NCBI GenBank assembly: GCA_965250085.1
Contig: OZ252287.1
Coordinates: forward strand, 832,001-896,000
Source: Candidatus Altimarinota bacterium
GTDB lineage: Bacteria; Patescibacteriota; Gracilibacteria; CAIRYL01
DNA length: 64,000 nt
Direction: 5' to 3'
Positions within the stretch are counted from its first letter, which is position 1. Each line of letters opens with the position of its first letter. Below the pieces are notes generated by a model. The model was not told the DNA's origin and ran no database searches. It saw only the letters and a program-made list of their open reading frames with translations. Made by a program: the position numbers and the translations under genes. This document shows positions 38,327-47,965 of the stretch, piece by piece.

Positions 38327-40240
38327 TTACTCCATAAAATTATTTATTTTTTCAGCAATGTGTTTTGCAGAAATACCTGCCGAATCATACAGCTCCAACG
38401 GTTTTCCCGAGAGCTGGTATTCTCTGGGGCCCATCGTTAAAAATGTGTCGACTTCAAGATTATTCTCAGCAATATATCGAGCTATTTGAGATCCAAATCC
38501 AGAAAGAATATTGTGATCTTCCGTAGTGATTACCTTCTTGGTTTTCTGAATCGATTTTTTGAGGGTGTCATCAAATTGTTTTAGGCTACTGACAATTATG
38601 ATCTCAACAGAGATTCCTTCCTTTTTAAGTTTTTCACGCGCACTGAATGCTTCGTGCACCAAAGGTCCACTGGCCACAATGGTGATATCTGTTCCTTCTC
38701 TCAGGAGATCACATTTGCCGTGTTCATATATATAGTTTTCATCAAAAAAGAGTTCTCCGTTTTCTTTGGTGAGAGGCGAGAGTTTATGTCGCCCCATGCG
38801 CACGTAAAAGTTTCCGTAGTGAGAAACTATATATCGAATAATACGATCGCAATGATTTGGATCTGCTGGTTCAATCACGTATGTGTGAAACATTCCCAAA
38901 AATGATCCCATGTCATCAATCGCCTGATGAGTTGGTCCATCTTCTCCAACCGAAAGTCCACAATGGGTCGATACCATTTTAACATTTGTGTGGTTGATAT
39001 CATTCACTCGTGCCTGATCTTTTGCCCGCGAGGAAGCAAATGCACCAAATGTGGAAGAGAACGGAATATATCCTGCAAGCGAAAGTCCTCCAGCGCATGA
39101 CACCATGTGCTGCTCAGCGATACCGACTTCTATATGTTGATTGGGGAGTTCTGCTTTGACAAACTTGGTCATAACCGATCCTCCCAGATCTGCCGTCATG
39201 GCAATAATATTTTTGTTTCTTTTTGCCAGATCAAGGAGCGCTTTTCCATAGGACCCTCGGCAATCGGTAATCTCATCGTAGAGAAAAGGCTCCCCTACTT
39301 CTATATCTGAAATAGGACTCAGGTCATCAGGAAAATCAGCATGTTTTGGAGTATAAGAAACTTCCTTGCGAAATGCATCGAGAGTAGCTTGTTCTTCTTC
39401 AGAAGTCTCAAGTGATTTGAGGATTTCATCACACTCTTCTGGCTTTGGCGCTTTTCCATGCCAAGTAGCTTTATGATCCTGTCCATCCGGCTCCATGAAA
39501 CCTACCCCTTTTCCCATAATGGTATTTCCGACCAAAACAACAGGTTTGCTCGTGATTTCATATGCTTGTCCAAGTGCTTCCCACATATTTTCATAGTCAT
39601 GACCATCCACCTCTATTACATGCCATCCAGCGGCAGCGAATACCTTGGAAATATCAATCGGCATGATCTCTTCTAAGCTGTCAGTGAGTTGTACTTTGTT
39701 ATAATCCACAAATGTAATCAGATTTTTCAGTCTGTATTTATGTGCAAAATGAATCATTTCGTGAACAATTCCTTCCTGACACTCTCCATCACCCAGAAGT
39801 GCAAATACCTTTTCTCCAGAATTTTTATATTCCTCTGCCATCGCAAATCCTGTTGCTACAGATCCTCCAATACCGAGTGGTCCGGTACCATACCAAATCC
39901 CTGGCACGTGCCTGGTTACATGTCCTTCATAGATTTTTCCTATTTTTCGAAAATCACGAATGACTTCTTCTTTTGGGATCCATCCCATCTCCGCAAGCAC
40001 GGAGTATACCCCTGGCGAAATATGCCCATTGGACACCACTACTTTTTCTCCGGTGGCACCAATAATTCCTGCGTACAACAGTGTTAAGTAATCTAAGGAA
40101 GAAAGCGATCCGCCTGGATGACCACTCTGCGAATTTTTGAGCATAGCAATAATGCTGTGTCGGCAAGAAGTGGTAAATGATTTTAGGAACTGAAGATCTT
40201 CTTCTGAGAGTTTGTGACCGAGCTTTGGAGAGAAGGACAT
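38327..40240 (-). CDS. tkt: Transketolase (single chain)
   Basis: SGHPGGS, GDGE..EG, GIAEQ, GEDGPTHQ. Confidence 0.95.
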   Translation of the reverse strand: MSFSPKLGHKLSEEDLQFLKSFTTSCRHSIIAMLKNSQSGHPGGSLSSLDYLTLLYAGIIGATGEKVVVSNGHISPGVYSVLAEMGWIPKEEVIRDFRKIGKIYEGHVTRHVPGIWYGTGPLGIGGSVATGFAMAEEYKNSGEKVFALLGDGECQEGIVHEMIHFAHKYRLKNLITFVDYNKVQLTDSLEEIMPIDISKVFAAAGWHVIEVDGHDYENMWEALGQAYEITSKPVVLVGNTIMGKGVGFMEPDGQDHKATWHGKAPKPEECDEILKSLETSEEEQATLDAFRKEVSYTPKHADFPDDLSPISDIEVGEPFLYDEITDCRGSYGKALLDLAKRNKNIIAMTADLGGSVMTKFVKAELPNQHIEVGIAEQHMVSCAGGLSLAGYIPFSSTFGAFASSRAKDQARVNDINHTNVKMVSTHCGLSVGEDGPTHQAIDDMGSFLGMFHTYVIEPADPNHCDRIIRYIVSHYGNFYVRMGRHKLSPLTKENGELFFDENYIYEHGKCDLLREGTDITIVASGPLVHEAFSAREKLKKEGISVEIIIVSSLKQFDDTLKKSIQKTKKVITTEDHNILSGFGSQIARYIAENNLEVDTFLTMGPREYQLSGKPLELYDSAGISAKHIAEKINNFME

Positions 40241-40246
40241 AAAAAA

Positions 40247-40290
40247 GAATTTTAAATGAATATTGAATTATGAATTTTGAATTGTTGATT
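40247..40290. repeat. 7-mer array (tgaattw)
   Basis: tgaatat tgaatta tgaattt tgaattg. Confidence 0.5.
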
Positions 40291-40356
40291 GTATTTTCCG
40301 GATTTTAGGAGCAAAAAGAAAGTATTTTCTCATAGTTTTGTTATTTTTTTTCTTCC

Positions 40357-40386
40357 TGTAGGGGCTGAAGATTTTCAGCCTCTACA
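40357..40386. repeat. GTAG-type REP-like palindrome
   Basis: TGTAGGGGCTGAA gatt TTCAGCCTCTACA. Confidence 0.7.
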
Positions 40387-40468
40387 ATTTTAGGAAACTT
40401 TCGACTTTTGACTTTTGACTTTCACCTTGCTTCTCCGGCACAATATTCACGATTTTTTTACTCTGGAC

Positions 40469-41242
40469 GTGTCAAAAAAAAGAGCAATTGTCAAAGTCGG
40501 CACCGCCCTTACTACTATGAAGGACGGAAGGCTCAATCTTCCCTTTCTTGCCAATCTTACTGAAGAGCTCAGTCATATTCATGGAGAACATTATGAAATA
40601 GTGCTGGTAAGCTCTGGTGCCGTGGCAGCAGGAAGAAGGAGTCTCTACCACTCTGTACATGAAGTCACTAATCGACAAGCTCTCTCTTGTCTCGGGCAAC
40701 CGCTTCTCATGGACTATTATCGAGATTTTTTTGGTGTTCATGACAAGCATGTAGGGCAGTGCCTCTTTACTACTCGCGATTTCGAGAGTGATGACGCTCT
40801 ACGAATCATGAAAAATGTCTTAAATGAACTTTTGGAAGCGGGTGTAATCCCCGTTCTCAACGAAAACGATGCGGCTTCTGACATTGAGATGAAGTATGGG
40901 GATAACGATCAGCTCGCTTCACGAATAGCTATTTTAATTGATGCTGATGTGATGATTCTCCTCTCTGACGTAGAGGGTTTCTATGACAAAGATCCTCAAA
41001 CTAACGACAATGCTCAAATTGTTACAGAAGTTACTAAAATTACTCCAGAAATTGAACAAATGGCGGGAGACAAGGTTTCTGAGCATTCTATGGGCGGCAT
41101 GAAATCAAAAATGAGAGCGATTAAGCGAGCAGTTGGAGCTGGCATTCCGGCATATCTTGCCTCTGGAAGAAAGCCAGGTGTTTTGACAAACATCCTTCTC
41201 GAGGAGAAAAAGGAAGGATCATATTTTCATGCACAAAAGTAA
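40469..41242 (+). CDS. proB: Glutamate 5-kinase (no PUA domain)
   Basis: VKVGT, VSSGAVAAG, GQ, NEND, GDNDQL, GGM.SK; start placed at GTG 40469. Confidence 0.93.
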   Translation: MSKKRAIVKVGTALTTMKDGRLNLPFLANLTEELSHIHGEHYEIVLVSSGAVAAGRRSLYHSVHEVTNRQALSCLGQPLLMDYYRDFFGVHDKHVGQCLFTTRDFESDDALRIMKNVLNELLEAGVIPVLNENDAASDIEMKYGDNDQLASRIAILIDADVMILLSDVEGFYDKDPQTNDNAQIVTEVTKITPEIEQMAGDKVSEHSMGGMKSKMRAIKRAVGAGIPAYLASGRKPGVLTNILLEEKKEGSYFHAQK

Positions 41243-41732
41243 CGTGGCGATACGACTTTTTGTCACTGGCGGAACATTTGATAAAAAATATGATGAGCTC
41301 ACTGGAAAGCTTATTTTTCAAGGCACTCATGTGGATAAAATTTTGCAAAAAGGCCGTTCATCGCTTGATGTACATATTACTACCTTGATGATGATTGATA
41401 GCTTGGACATGAAAGAAACAGAACGACATGCAATTGCGAATAATTGCGAAAACGCTCAGGAAGATAAAATTATTATTACTCATGGCACTGATACTATGGT
41501 AGAAACTGCAAAAATAATTGCTAAAACTGTTTCCGATAAAACCATTATTTTGACAGGCGCTATGATCCCTTATGCATTTGGACATTCTGATGGATTTTTT
41601 AACCTGGGATGTGCTCTCGCTTTTGTCCAAACCCTTCCCAATGGCGTGTATATTGCTATGAACGGGGAATATTTTTCTTGGGACGATGTGCAAAAGGATA
41701 AAGAAAAAGGTATATTCAAAAGAGTGAAATAA
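41229..41732 (+). CDS. Short-chain asparaginase-domain protein
   Basis: TGGT, DS, HGTDT, TGAM.P; N-terminal domain only. Confidence 0.85.
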   Translation: MHKSNVAIRLFVTGGTFDKKYDELTGKLIFQGTHVDKILQKGRSSLDVHITTLMMIDSLDMKETERHAIANNCENAQEDKIIITHGTDTMVETAKIIAKTVSDKTIILTGAMIPYAFGHSDGFFNLGCALAFVQTLPNGVYIAMNGEYFSWDDVQKDKEKGIFKRVK

Positions 41733-41752
41733 GGTGTGTATTTAGTTTTTAT

Positions 41753-42307
41753 ATGATCGCTTTCCTTTCTGGAACCATCACAGCCAAAGAAGCACATGCA
41801 CTTCTTCTTAATGTGCAGGGGGTGGGATATCGAGTGTTTTGTTCACTCGAAGTAATTGCAAGTGCCAAGAAGGGTCAGGAGATATTCGTCCACATACATC
41901 ATCACATCACCGAGAGTGACATGTCACTCTATGGATTTGCCAAAAAAGAAGATCTCGAGTTTTTTGAAAAACTGATCTCTATCTCTGGCATCGGCCCCAA
42001 GATCGCATTGGGAATTTTGGAGTCTCCCAGCAATTTGGTAAAAAGAGCATTGGAAGATGGAGATGTGAGCTTTCTGAAATCACTCAAGGGAATTGGCAAA
42101 AAAACGGCTGAGCGAATGGTGGTGGAACTTCGCGGCAATCTTCCTCTTTCTGATGAAGCAAGTGCTCTCCCCTCAGAAGTGGTTGAAGCTCTTTCGGACC
42201 TTGGATTTGAGCGCATGCATATCCAAAAAGCATTTCAGAACCTTCCGGGCACCCTTAATTCTTCTGAGGAAATGGTAAAATGGTTTTTGCAAAATCATGC
42301 CCTCTAG
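41753..42307 (+). CDS. ruvA: Holliday junction branch migration protein A
   Basis: GVGY, LYGF, ISGIGPK.A, GIGKKTAER. Confidence 0.95.
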   Translation: MIAFLSGTITAKEAHALLLNVQGVGYRVFCSLEVIASAKKGQEIFVHIHHHITESDMSLYGFAKKEDLEFFEKLISISGIGPKIALGILESPSNLVKRALEDGDVSFLKSLKGIGKKTAERMVVELRGNLPLSDEASALPSEVVEALSDLGFERMHIQKAFQNLPGTLNSSEEMVKWFLQNHAL

Positions 42308-42338
42308 CGTATAACAAGCATGTACCTTTTTTCATTGC

Positions 42339-42992
42339 TTGAGATTTGCACAGAGTAAGACCAAAGGCTTCACACTTGTGGAAATAATTGTTGCCGTACT
42401 TATTATCGGATTTTTGGCGGTCGCTACTTCAAGATATATATTTTCAAAACAATACGCCATCCAGCAAGCAGAAAATCTTTCTTTAGAACTGATTACTGCT
42501 CTTCGTGATGCGCGAGGATTTGCTATGTCGGGAAGACAAACCATCAATGAAGGAACAGGAGGGGAAGAAATTCCGGAAGGGGGATATGGAGTGTTTTTTG
42601 ATGCCACTGATAACCATGCTGTTGTCTTTGCAGATATTAATTCTAGCGGCACATATGATCCTTCTGAAGATACTTTGATATATGAAACTCAAGAACATTA
42701 TCCTCTGCTTCGCATCATGGTGTATAGAGTAAATATTGATGAAAATTCAGACCACTCAGCTGGGCTTGTTTCAGATTCTGAGGTTTCTACAGAAAGCTAT
42801 TCACAGAAAAATTTTTGGATCATCTTTGCTTCCAACACAGGCGAGTCTATTCTCGGAAGTGAAATAGAAGGAGTTATCACCGATGAAACCAAGGCATTTT
42901 TTATTGATATTATTCTCCCCGATACAAAGCATTATCATGTGCACTTCCACAAAATTTCTCGATTTTTTAATATAGAAACCGTAATCTTATAA
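42339..42992 (+). CDS. Type IV minor pilin (FimT/GspH-like)
   Basis: KGFTLVE prepilin cleavage motif followed by a hydrophobic helix; TTG start uncertain. Confidence 0.8.
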   Translation: MRFAQSKTKGFTLVEIIVAVLIIGFLAVATSRYIFSKQYAIQQAENLSLELITALRDARGFAMSGRQTINEGTGGEEIPEGGYGVFFDATDNHAVVFADINSSGTYDPSEDTLIYETQEHYPLLRIMVYRVNIDENSDHSAGLVSDSEVSTESYSQKNFWIIFASNTGESILGSEIEGVITDETKAFFIDIILPDTKHYHVHFHKISRFFNIETVIL

Positions 42993-42996
42993 ACAG

Positions 42997-43824
42997 ATGC
43001 CTGACATGAAATATATGTACGCCACACCAAAGGGAGCCATTTTGGTAGAAGTTCTCATTTCTTTTCTCATCTTTGTAGTGGGAATTACCGGTTCGCTTGC
43101 CCTTCTTATGCAATCTGCTCGTGTAAATACCCTCAATATTAATCGTCTCACAGCGCTCAATATTGCAGAAGATGCTCTGGAAGGCGTCAAGAATATTCGC
43201 GATACTAATTGGCTTATCCACTCATCTAATCTGAGAGAATGTTGGAATTTTTCTCCCGATACGAATGAAGATGGAACTTTGGACTCTAATGATGATGCCT
43301 GTACAGCAGATAGCTATGGTCAAAATAATTTTCCTCTCGGAATGTGGGATAAAAATGGGAGTAATAATCGCCTTAGATCATTTTTGGTGGATTTTGATGC
43401 GGCTTCATCTCGGTGGCTTCTTCTTCCTTCCCCGGAATATCTTGATACAAATACTATGGCCTTTACTGTATATTCTGGATCACACCTCAATGGAGAAGCT
43501 CCCAATGTCTCCTCTATACGAGACCCTCAACTCTATCTCACCCCTGATGGTCGGTATACACATGATTCTTCTGGAAATACTCCTTCTATGTTTTATCGCA
43601 CTGTAGATTTTTATTACATTGATAACACAGGAGTTGGTGAATCTCAGCTCTTTCCCAAAGGGGCTGACTTTGCAGATCCCACAGAAGCCAAAGGAAAAGA
43701 TAATCGCATTCGGATAGTGGCAACGGTCTCTTGGAAACACCATTTTCAAAATTCGGATTTCGTATCTTTGGAGCTCGAAACCATTATTACCGATTATTTA
43801 GATCGAACCAATTGGACAGATTAA
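42997..43824 (+). CDS. Type IV minor pilin (PilV-like)
   Basis: KG.ILVEVL, A..IAE..LE..KNIRD.N. Confidence 0.78.
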   Translation: MPDMKYMYATPKGAILVEVLISFLIFVVGITGSLALLMQSARVNTLNINRLTALNIAEDALEGVKNIRDTNWLIHSSNLRECWNFSPDTNEDGTLDSNDDACTADSYGQNNFPLGMWDKNGSNNRLRSFLVDFDAASSRWLLLPSPEYLDTNTMAFTVYSGSHLNGEAPNVSSIRDPQLYLTPDGRYTHDSSGNTPSMFYRTVDFYYIDNTGVGESQLFPKGADFADPTEAKGKDNRIRIVATVSWKHHFQNSDFVSLELETIITDYLDRTNWTD

Positions 43825-43856
43825 ATGCATCTTTGACATCCACTCATATCTGATAT

Positions 43857-45599
43857 ATGAACTTTTCTCGCAGTAAAAACAAGAAAGCGTTTGGGTTTAC
43901 CCTTATAGAGGTGACGATTGCGAGTATCATCTTTGGCATGTCAATGATCGTGATTTCGTATGCAACGATCAGTTTCTACCAGGGGAAAAAACGCCAAATT
44001 GCTCGCAACGCATTGATGGAAGAAACCAAGGCGCTTATGGAGCGAATGGTGCAAGAAGTCAGAACCAAGACCATTGATTATGATGAATACTTTAACCAAC
44101 TCCCCACAACGACCCTTGGTGGCCCAGAGCCTTCTACAGCAACTGCCGGAGGAGATTATGGTCAATTTTATCGTCAATACTATCATCATTTTTGGTATAT
44201 AGATCCTGCTCAAGATGATACGACGTGCGGTGAATACGGTGTGAATGATCCAAGCAGATATGAATTTGATCCTTTGGATCCTTGCTACGATCAGCATGTA
44301 AATGAAGGGTATTTTTCTACTCGTGCAGATAATAACACCAGTACTGATGATGCCACACTCTCTGCATTGGATGATGATCCAGCTCCAGGGGTAGATACAG
44401 AAAAAGCAGAGCTCTATTTGATCAGCAGTGATGGCAAACAAAAAACCATTTTGAAGCGAATCGCAAATGGTATTGATGATGATTATGACGGCACTATAGA
44501 TGAAAGCGATGCAGAGGATACAGGGGTAGAACAAATAGGGATTATTATGCTGGATCTGAAAGATCAATATGATAATACGACTATCAAAGACAATAATGTA
44601 GTATTCACAACAGGTGAAGATGGATATTACGACTGCTGGGCACCAAATAATGATTTTGAGTGGACGACAAATGAAGTTATTCCGATCCCTATTTCTCCAC
44701 CCAATATGGAAATATTGGAACTCAAGTTCTTTATCACTCCCATAGAAGACCCTCGCAAAGCATTTAATGAAGCGGATATAGAAGTGCAAATGCATCCGAG
44801 TATTACTATTTTGTTGACCACCCAAATTTCTTCTCGGTCTTCCCGCCAGTTTAGAGGAGCGCTTCCTCAGCCGATTACCTTGCAAACGACCGTTTCATCT
44901 CGCGTGTATGAAAGTGTGGGAATCCCCTTTGAATTTTCTGGAACCAATCCAATACAAGCTTGTCTTATTCCTGCATCAGCTGGGGGGGGGGTGGGTGGGT
45001 GTCCAAATGATATTTTGGAAGGAACAGAGCAATGTGACACCAGTCAATTTGGCGGAGCCACGTGTACTTCACTTGGATTTCTTTGGGGTACCCTTGCCTG
45101 TAATGGAGGCTGCACCTTTGATACCAATGGATGTAGCAATGTTTCTCCTGCTGATTGCAACGCTGCAGGTGCTCCTACATGCGATGGTCAAACCGCTACT
45201 ATTTGCATCGTCGATCTTGGGGGCACTCCTATCATTATAGGTGGTAGTCATGATGGTGAAGTGTATGCAGGATTAATCACTGAAGAGAATGGGTCAGATG
45301 TTATTGTGGGCACTGATACAGACGATAAACTTTACGGTGGAAATGGAGCAGATGTCATTTGTGGACTTGGTGGTATTGATCATATCTATGGTGGAAATGC
45401 TCAAAATACTATCTATGGAGGAGAGGGTAATGATTTTCTTTTTGGTGGAAATGGGAAAGATGAGCTCTATGGGGAAGGGGGGGACGATCTCGTTAATGGG
45501 GAAATTGGGAAAGATGATGTCATTGATGGTGGATCTGGCACAGGTGATACTTGTGAAGATGAAGGAGCAAATACTATAAATTGTGAAACGCTTCTCTAG
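43857..45599 (+). CDS. Type IV minor pilin (PilW-like) with a Cys-rich module and RTX Ca-binding repeats
   Basis: GFTLIE; EQCD...GATC.SLGF..GTLAC..C.FD..C; multiple GGxGxD nonapeptides. Confidence 0.85.
   Translation: MNFSRSKNKKAFGFTLIEVTIASIIFGMSMIVISYATISFYQGKKRQIARNALMEETKALMERMVQEVRTKTIDYDEYFNQLPTTTLGGPEPSTATAGGDYGQFYRQYYHHFWYIDPAQDDTTCGEYGVNDPSRYEFDPLDPCYDQHVNEGYFSTRADNNTSTDDATLSALDDDPAPGVDTEKAELYLISSDGKQKTILKRIANGIDDDYDGTIDESDAEDTGVEQIGIIMLDLKDQYDNTTIKDNNVVFTTGEDGYYDCWAPNNDFEWTTNEVIPIPISPPNMEILELKFFITPIEDPRKAFNEADIEVQMHPSITILLTTQISSRSSRQFRGALPQPITLQTTVSSRVYESVGIPFEFSGTNPIQACLIPASAGGGVGGCPNDILEGTEQCDTSQFGGATCTSLGFLWGTLACNGGCTFDTNGCSNVSPADCNAAGAPTCDGQTATICIVDLGGTPIIIGGSHDGEVYAGLITEENGSDVIVGTDTDDKLYGGNGADVICGLGGIDHIYGGNAQNTIYGGEGNDFLFGGNGKDELYGEGGDDLVNGEIGKDDVIDGGSGTGDTCEDEGANTINCETLL
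44982..44999 (+). repeat. G10 homopolymer plus TGGGTGGG
   Basis: gggggggggg tggg tggg read directly from the sequence. Confidence 0.9.
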
Positions 45600-45700
45600 G
45601 AGCCATAATTCCTTGTCCGTCCAAGTCTTTTTCATCACAGCGGACAGGTTGGACTTGGATGCTTGTGACTGTAAAAGGTTTCAGTCCAAAAAATCTTCGT

Positions 45701-45725
45701 TGGTTCAGGTTTGCAACCTGAACCA
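45701..45725. repeat. Perfect 11-bp-stem palindrome
   Basis: TGGTTCAGGTT tgc AACCTGAACCA. Confidence 0.7.
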
Positions 45726-45829
45726 TTATGGTTGAATTGCTTCTAATTCTAAAAGATCATCATGAAAAGAGCGTGTGCAATACTCCTTTACTGACTACTT
45801 GTTCACTGATTCACTTGCCCTCTTTCCTC

Positions 45830-45859
45830 TTGAGAAAAAGCCGTGTTTTATGCTATAAT
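45830..45859 (+). promoter_or_regulatory. Promoter of the pilin array
   Basis: TTGAGA-N18-TATAAT with extended TG (tgctataat). Confidence 0.6.
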
Positions 45860-45881
45860 AAGAGGATATTTTGCACTTTCT

Positions 45882-46475
45882 ATGACTGAATTTAGAATTT
45901 TCTGGAAATACGCCATGATTCTTCTTTTGTGCTGCACTGTTTGGGGAACAAGTGATGATTTACAGAATTCAGCATTTGCTCAGTCTGAAAGTGACACCTC
46001 TACATCTGATACGAGTGGGAACGAAAGTGGTTGTGGTACCTCTACATCTGATACGAGTGGGAACGAAAGTGGTTGTGATACCTCTACTCCAGATACAAGC
46101 GCAAAAGAAGATAAAAGCCTTCCCTCCAACTCTGGTGATAAAATATACAAATATGAACCTGGAGAAATCATTCTTAACGAATCAGTAGACAACTGCTCTG
46201 GAAGGCACTGCATTGATATTCAACAGGGAAATATTCTTACATTTGAACAAGTTGGAGAACGATTTATCCGTACTCTCACCGGAACAGTGGTATTGGTTGC
46301 CATTTTAGTATTTATGATTGGTGGAGGATTTTGGATTTTCTCTGCTGGCAATGAATCACTGGTTGAACGGGGAAAAGATATGATGATTTATTCCATCATT
46401 GGAGTTCTCCTCGTATTGGGAGCCTATGTTATTATCAAGCTCGTACAGGTTGTCCTCTTTGCACTTGGAACATAA
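45882..46475 (+). CDS. VirB2/TrbC-like pilin 1 with Ser/Thr-rich repeat
   Basis: Signal peptide; TM, GG..I.SAGNE...E.GK..I..I.G, TM. Confidence 0.8.
   Translation: MTEFRIFWKYAMILLLCCTVWGTSDDLQNSAFAQSESDTSTSDTSGNESGCGTSTSDTSGNESGCDTSTPDTSAKEDKSLPSNSGDKIYKYEPGEIILNESVDNCSGRHCIDIQQGNILTFEQVGERFIRTLTGTVVLVAILVFMIGGGFWIFSAGNESLVERGKDMMIYSIIGVLLVLGAYVIIKLVQVVLFALGT
45996..46099 (+). repeat. 42-bp in-frame tandem repeat (2 copies plus a partial third)
   Basis: acctctacatctgatacgagtgggaacgaaagtggttgtg(g/a)t; TSTSDTSGNESGC. Confidence 0.9.
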
Positions 46476-46482
46476 CTTTTTG

Positions 46483-46935
46483 ATGAAATTCATACGAATT
46501 TTTTTGATGGCGTCTTTTTTCTTCCTCTTCCTGGGGGTCGGGAATTATAACGCATCAGCCGAGCATCAACATTGCGGGCCGCCACTTACGACCGAAGCGA
46601 TTGAAAAATGCGAAGCGGAGCATGGTGTGGACTCCTTGACCCTTCAGGCCCCATTTCAAAAAGGAAAAGAAACCATTGATACCAGTGGAGATGCTATTTC
46701 CATTTTAGGACAATATGTGGAGCAGATTTTCTCCTTTGGTATGGCCCTTATCGTTATATTTGCAGTGCTCATGATCATGGTCGCGGGATATGAATATATG
46801 TTTGCCGGCGGCGACAGTGGCAAGACGGATAATGCTAAGAAGCGAATCATGCAGGCTCTCTTGGGGGTAGTGCTCGTGTTACTGGCGGCATTACTGCTCA
46901 ATATTATTAATCCAAATTTTTTCAAATTCGCATAA
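46483..46935 (+). CDS. VirB2/TrbC-like pilin 2
   Basis: AG..Y..AGGD......AK..I..A..G...LL..INP. Confidence 0.82.
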   Translation: MKFIRIFLMASFFFLFLGVGNYNASAEHQHCGPPLTTEAIEKCEAEHGVDSLTLQAPFQKGKETIDTSGDAISILGQYVEQIFSFGMALIVIFAVLMIMVAGYEYMFAGGDSGKTDNAKKRIMQALLGVVLVLLAALLLNIINPNFFKFA

Positions 46936-47501
46936 TGAATAGCCCTCAAAAACAGCATGAAGAAAAAGCCCGGCAAGAGATGTTTCTTCGTATTTTTCTG
47001 CCAGGGTTTTTATATGCACTTGGAGTTTTGATTGTCATGCTCCTCAGCGGACAAGTCATAGGGTCAGTTCTCATGGCACAAAATGCTGGATCCACAGCGC
47101 CTCCACTCCTGAGATCCACTATGGATGATTGCAATCTGGGTTTTTTTGGCGCCTGCAATGACAACACAGGAGAATATGTCGCGGGTCCCGAAGCAATTTT
47201 AAATACGTGGATATTTTCTGAGGCGATTCCCTGGTGGGTTTCATTTTTTATCGCCTTTACCGCCGGAGTAGCGGTGCTCATGCTCATGCTGGGAGGTATC
47301 TTTCTTCTGGTTTCCGGAGACAAAGATGAAATGAAGCAAAAAGGCATCAAAACAATTATTTGGGCTATCTCTGGACTCTTAATTGTCCTGTTTGCCTTTG
47401 TCATTGTCTCCATTATTGAAAATCTTCCACTTCCCGGAAGCACCGCAGAGCAACTCATAGAAAATACTGATTCTGGCGGAGCTGCCCGTACTCGTTCATA
47501 A
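46935..47501 (+). CDS. VirB2/TrbC-like pilin 3
   Basis: GG...VSGD..E..QKG.KTI.WA..GL. Confidence 0.75.
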   Translation: MNSPQKQHEEKARQEMFLRIFLPGFLYALGVLIVMLLSGQVIGSVLMAQNAGSTAPPLLRSTMDDCNLGFFGACNDNTGEYVAGPEAILNTWIFSEAIPWWVSFFIAFTAGVAVLMLMLGGIFLLVSGDKDEMKQKGIKTIIWAISGLLIVLFAFVIVSIIENLPLPGSTAEQLIENTDSGGAARTRS

Positions 47502-47506
47502 AAAAT

Positions 47507-47965
47507 ATGAAATCGAAACCTTCTTTTTTCTCGGCATTTTCTCGAATCTTTCTCCAGGTTCCCGTTCTGGCAGGAATTGCTTTGGCATTGATCTTACTCA
47601 CTGCTACAGAAGCATTCCAACACCTCTACGTCGCCCAAATGCTCTCCGATATCTCATTGCTGACAGCAGATGTTTTTCCTGATCCGGACAAAATCCCTGA
47701 TGGCAATCTGCCTCAGGGATCTGTGGAGAGTGAATTTCTGCTCGCAGTGATCAACATTATTCTCGCTCTCACCAGTACGATCATGCTTGGTGCCATGCTC
47801 TTTGCGGGAGCTCTGTTTGTCATCCACTTTGGTGATGAGGAAAAAATAAGTCTCGCCAAAGGAATTTTTAAGTGGTCTATTGCTGGTATTATTGTCATTC
47901 TCGTCGCGTATTCTATTATTCAGGGAATTACTCAACTCACCTTTACCAACCCTCCTGCTGCATGA
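47507..47965 (+). CDS. VirB2/TrbC-like pilin 4
   Basis: AG...I.FGDEEK...AK....W.I.G...AYSII. Confidence 0.75.
   Translation: MKSKPSFFSAFSRIFLQVPVLAGIALALILLTATEAFQHLYVAQMLSDISLLTADVFPDPDKIPDGNLPQGSVESEFLLAVINIILALTSTIMLGAMLFAGALFVIHFGDEEKISLAKGIFKWSIAGIIVILVAYSIIQGITQLTFTNPPAA

Noticed and set aside
42320-42358. Out-of-frame ATG and T6 run upstream of the first minor pilin as a phase-variation site
   Set aside because: T6 is unremarkable at this AT content and an in-frame TTG start exists
43941-44885. Long antisense ORFs (also 25645-26385, 26638-27366, 33257-33889, 35058-35666)
   Set aside because: Shadows of well-supported genes on the opposite strand, with no motifs
45996-46099. CRISPR array
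   Set aside because: Head-to-tail in-frame repeat with no spacers and no cas genes
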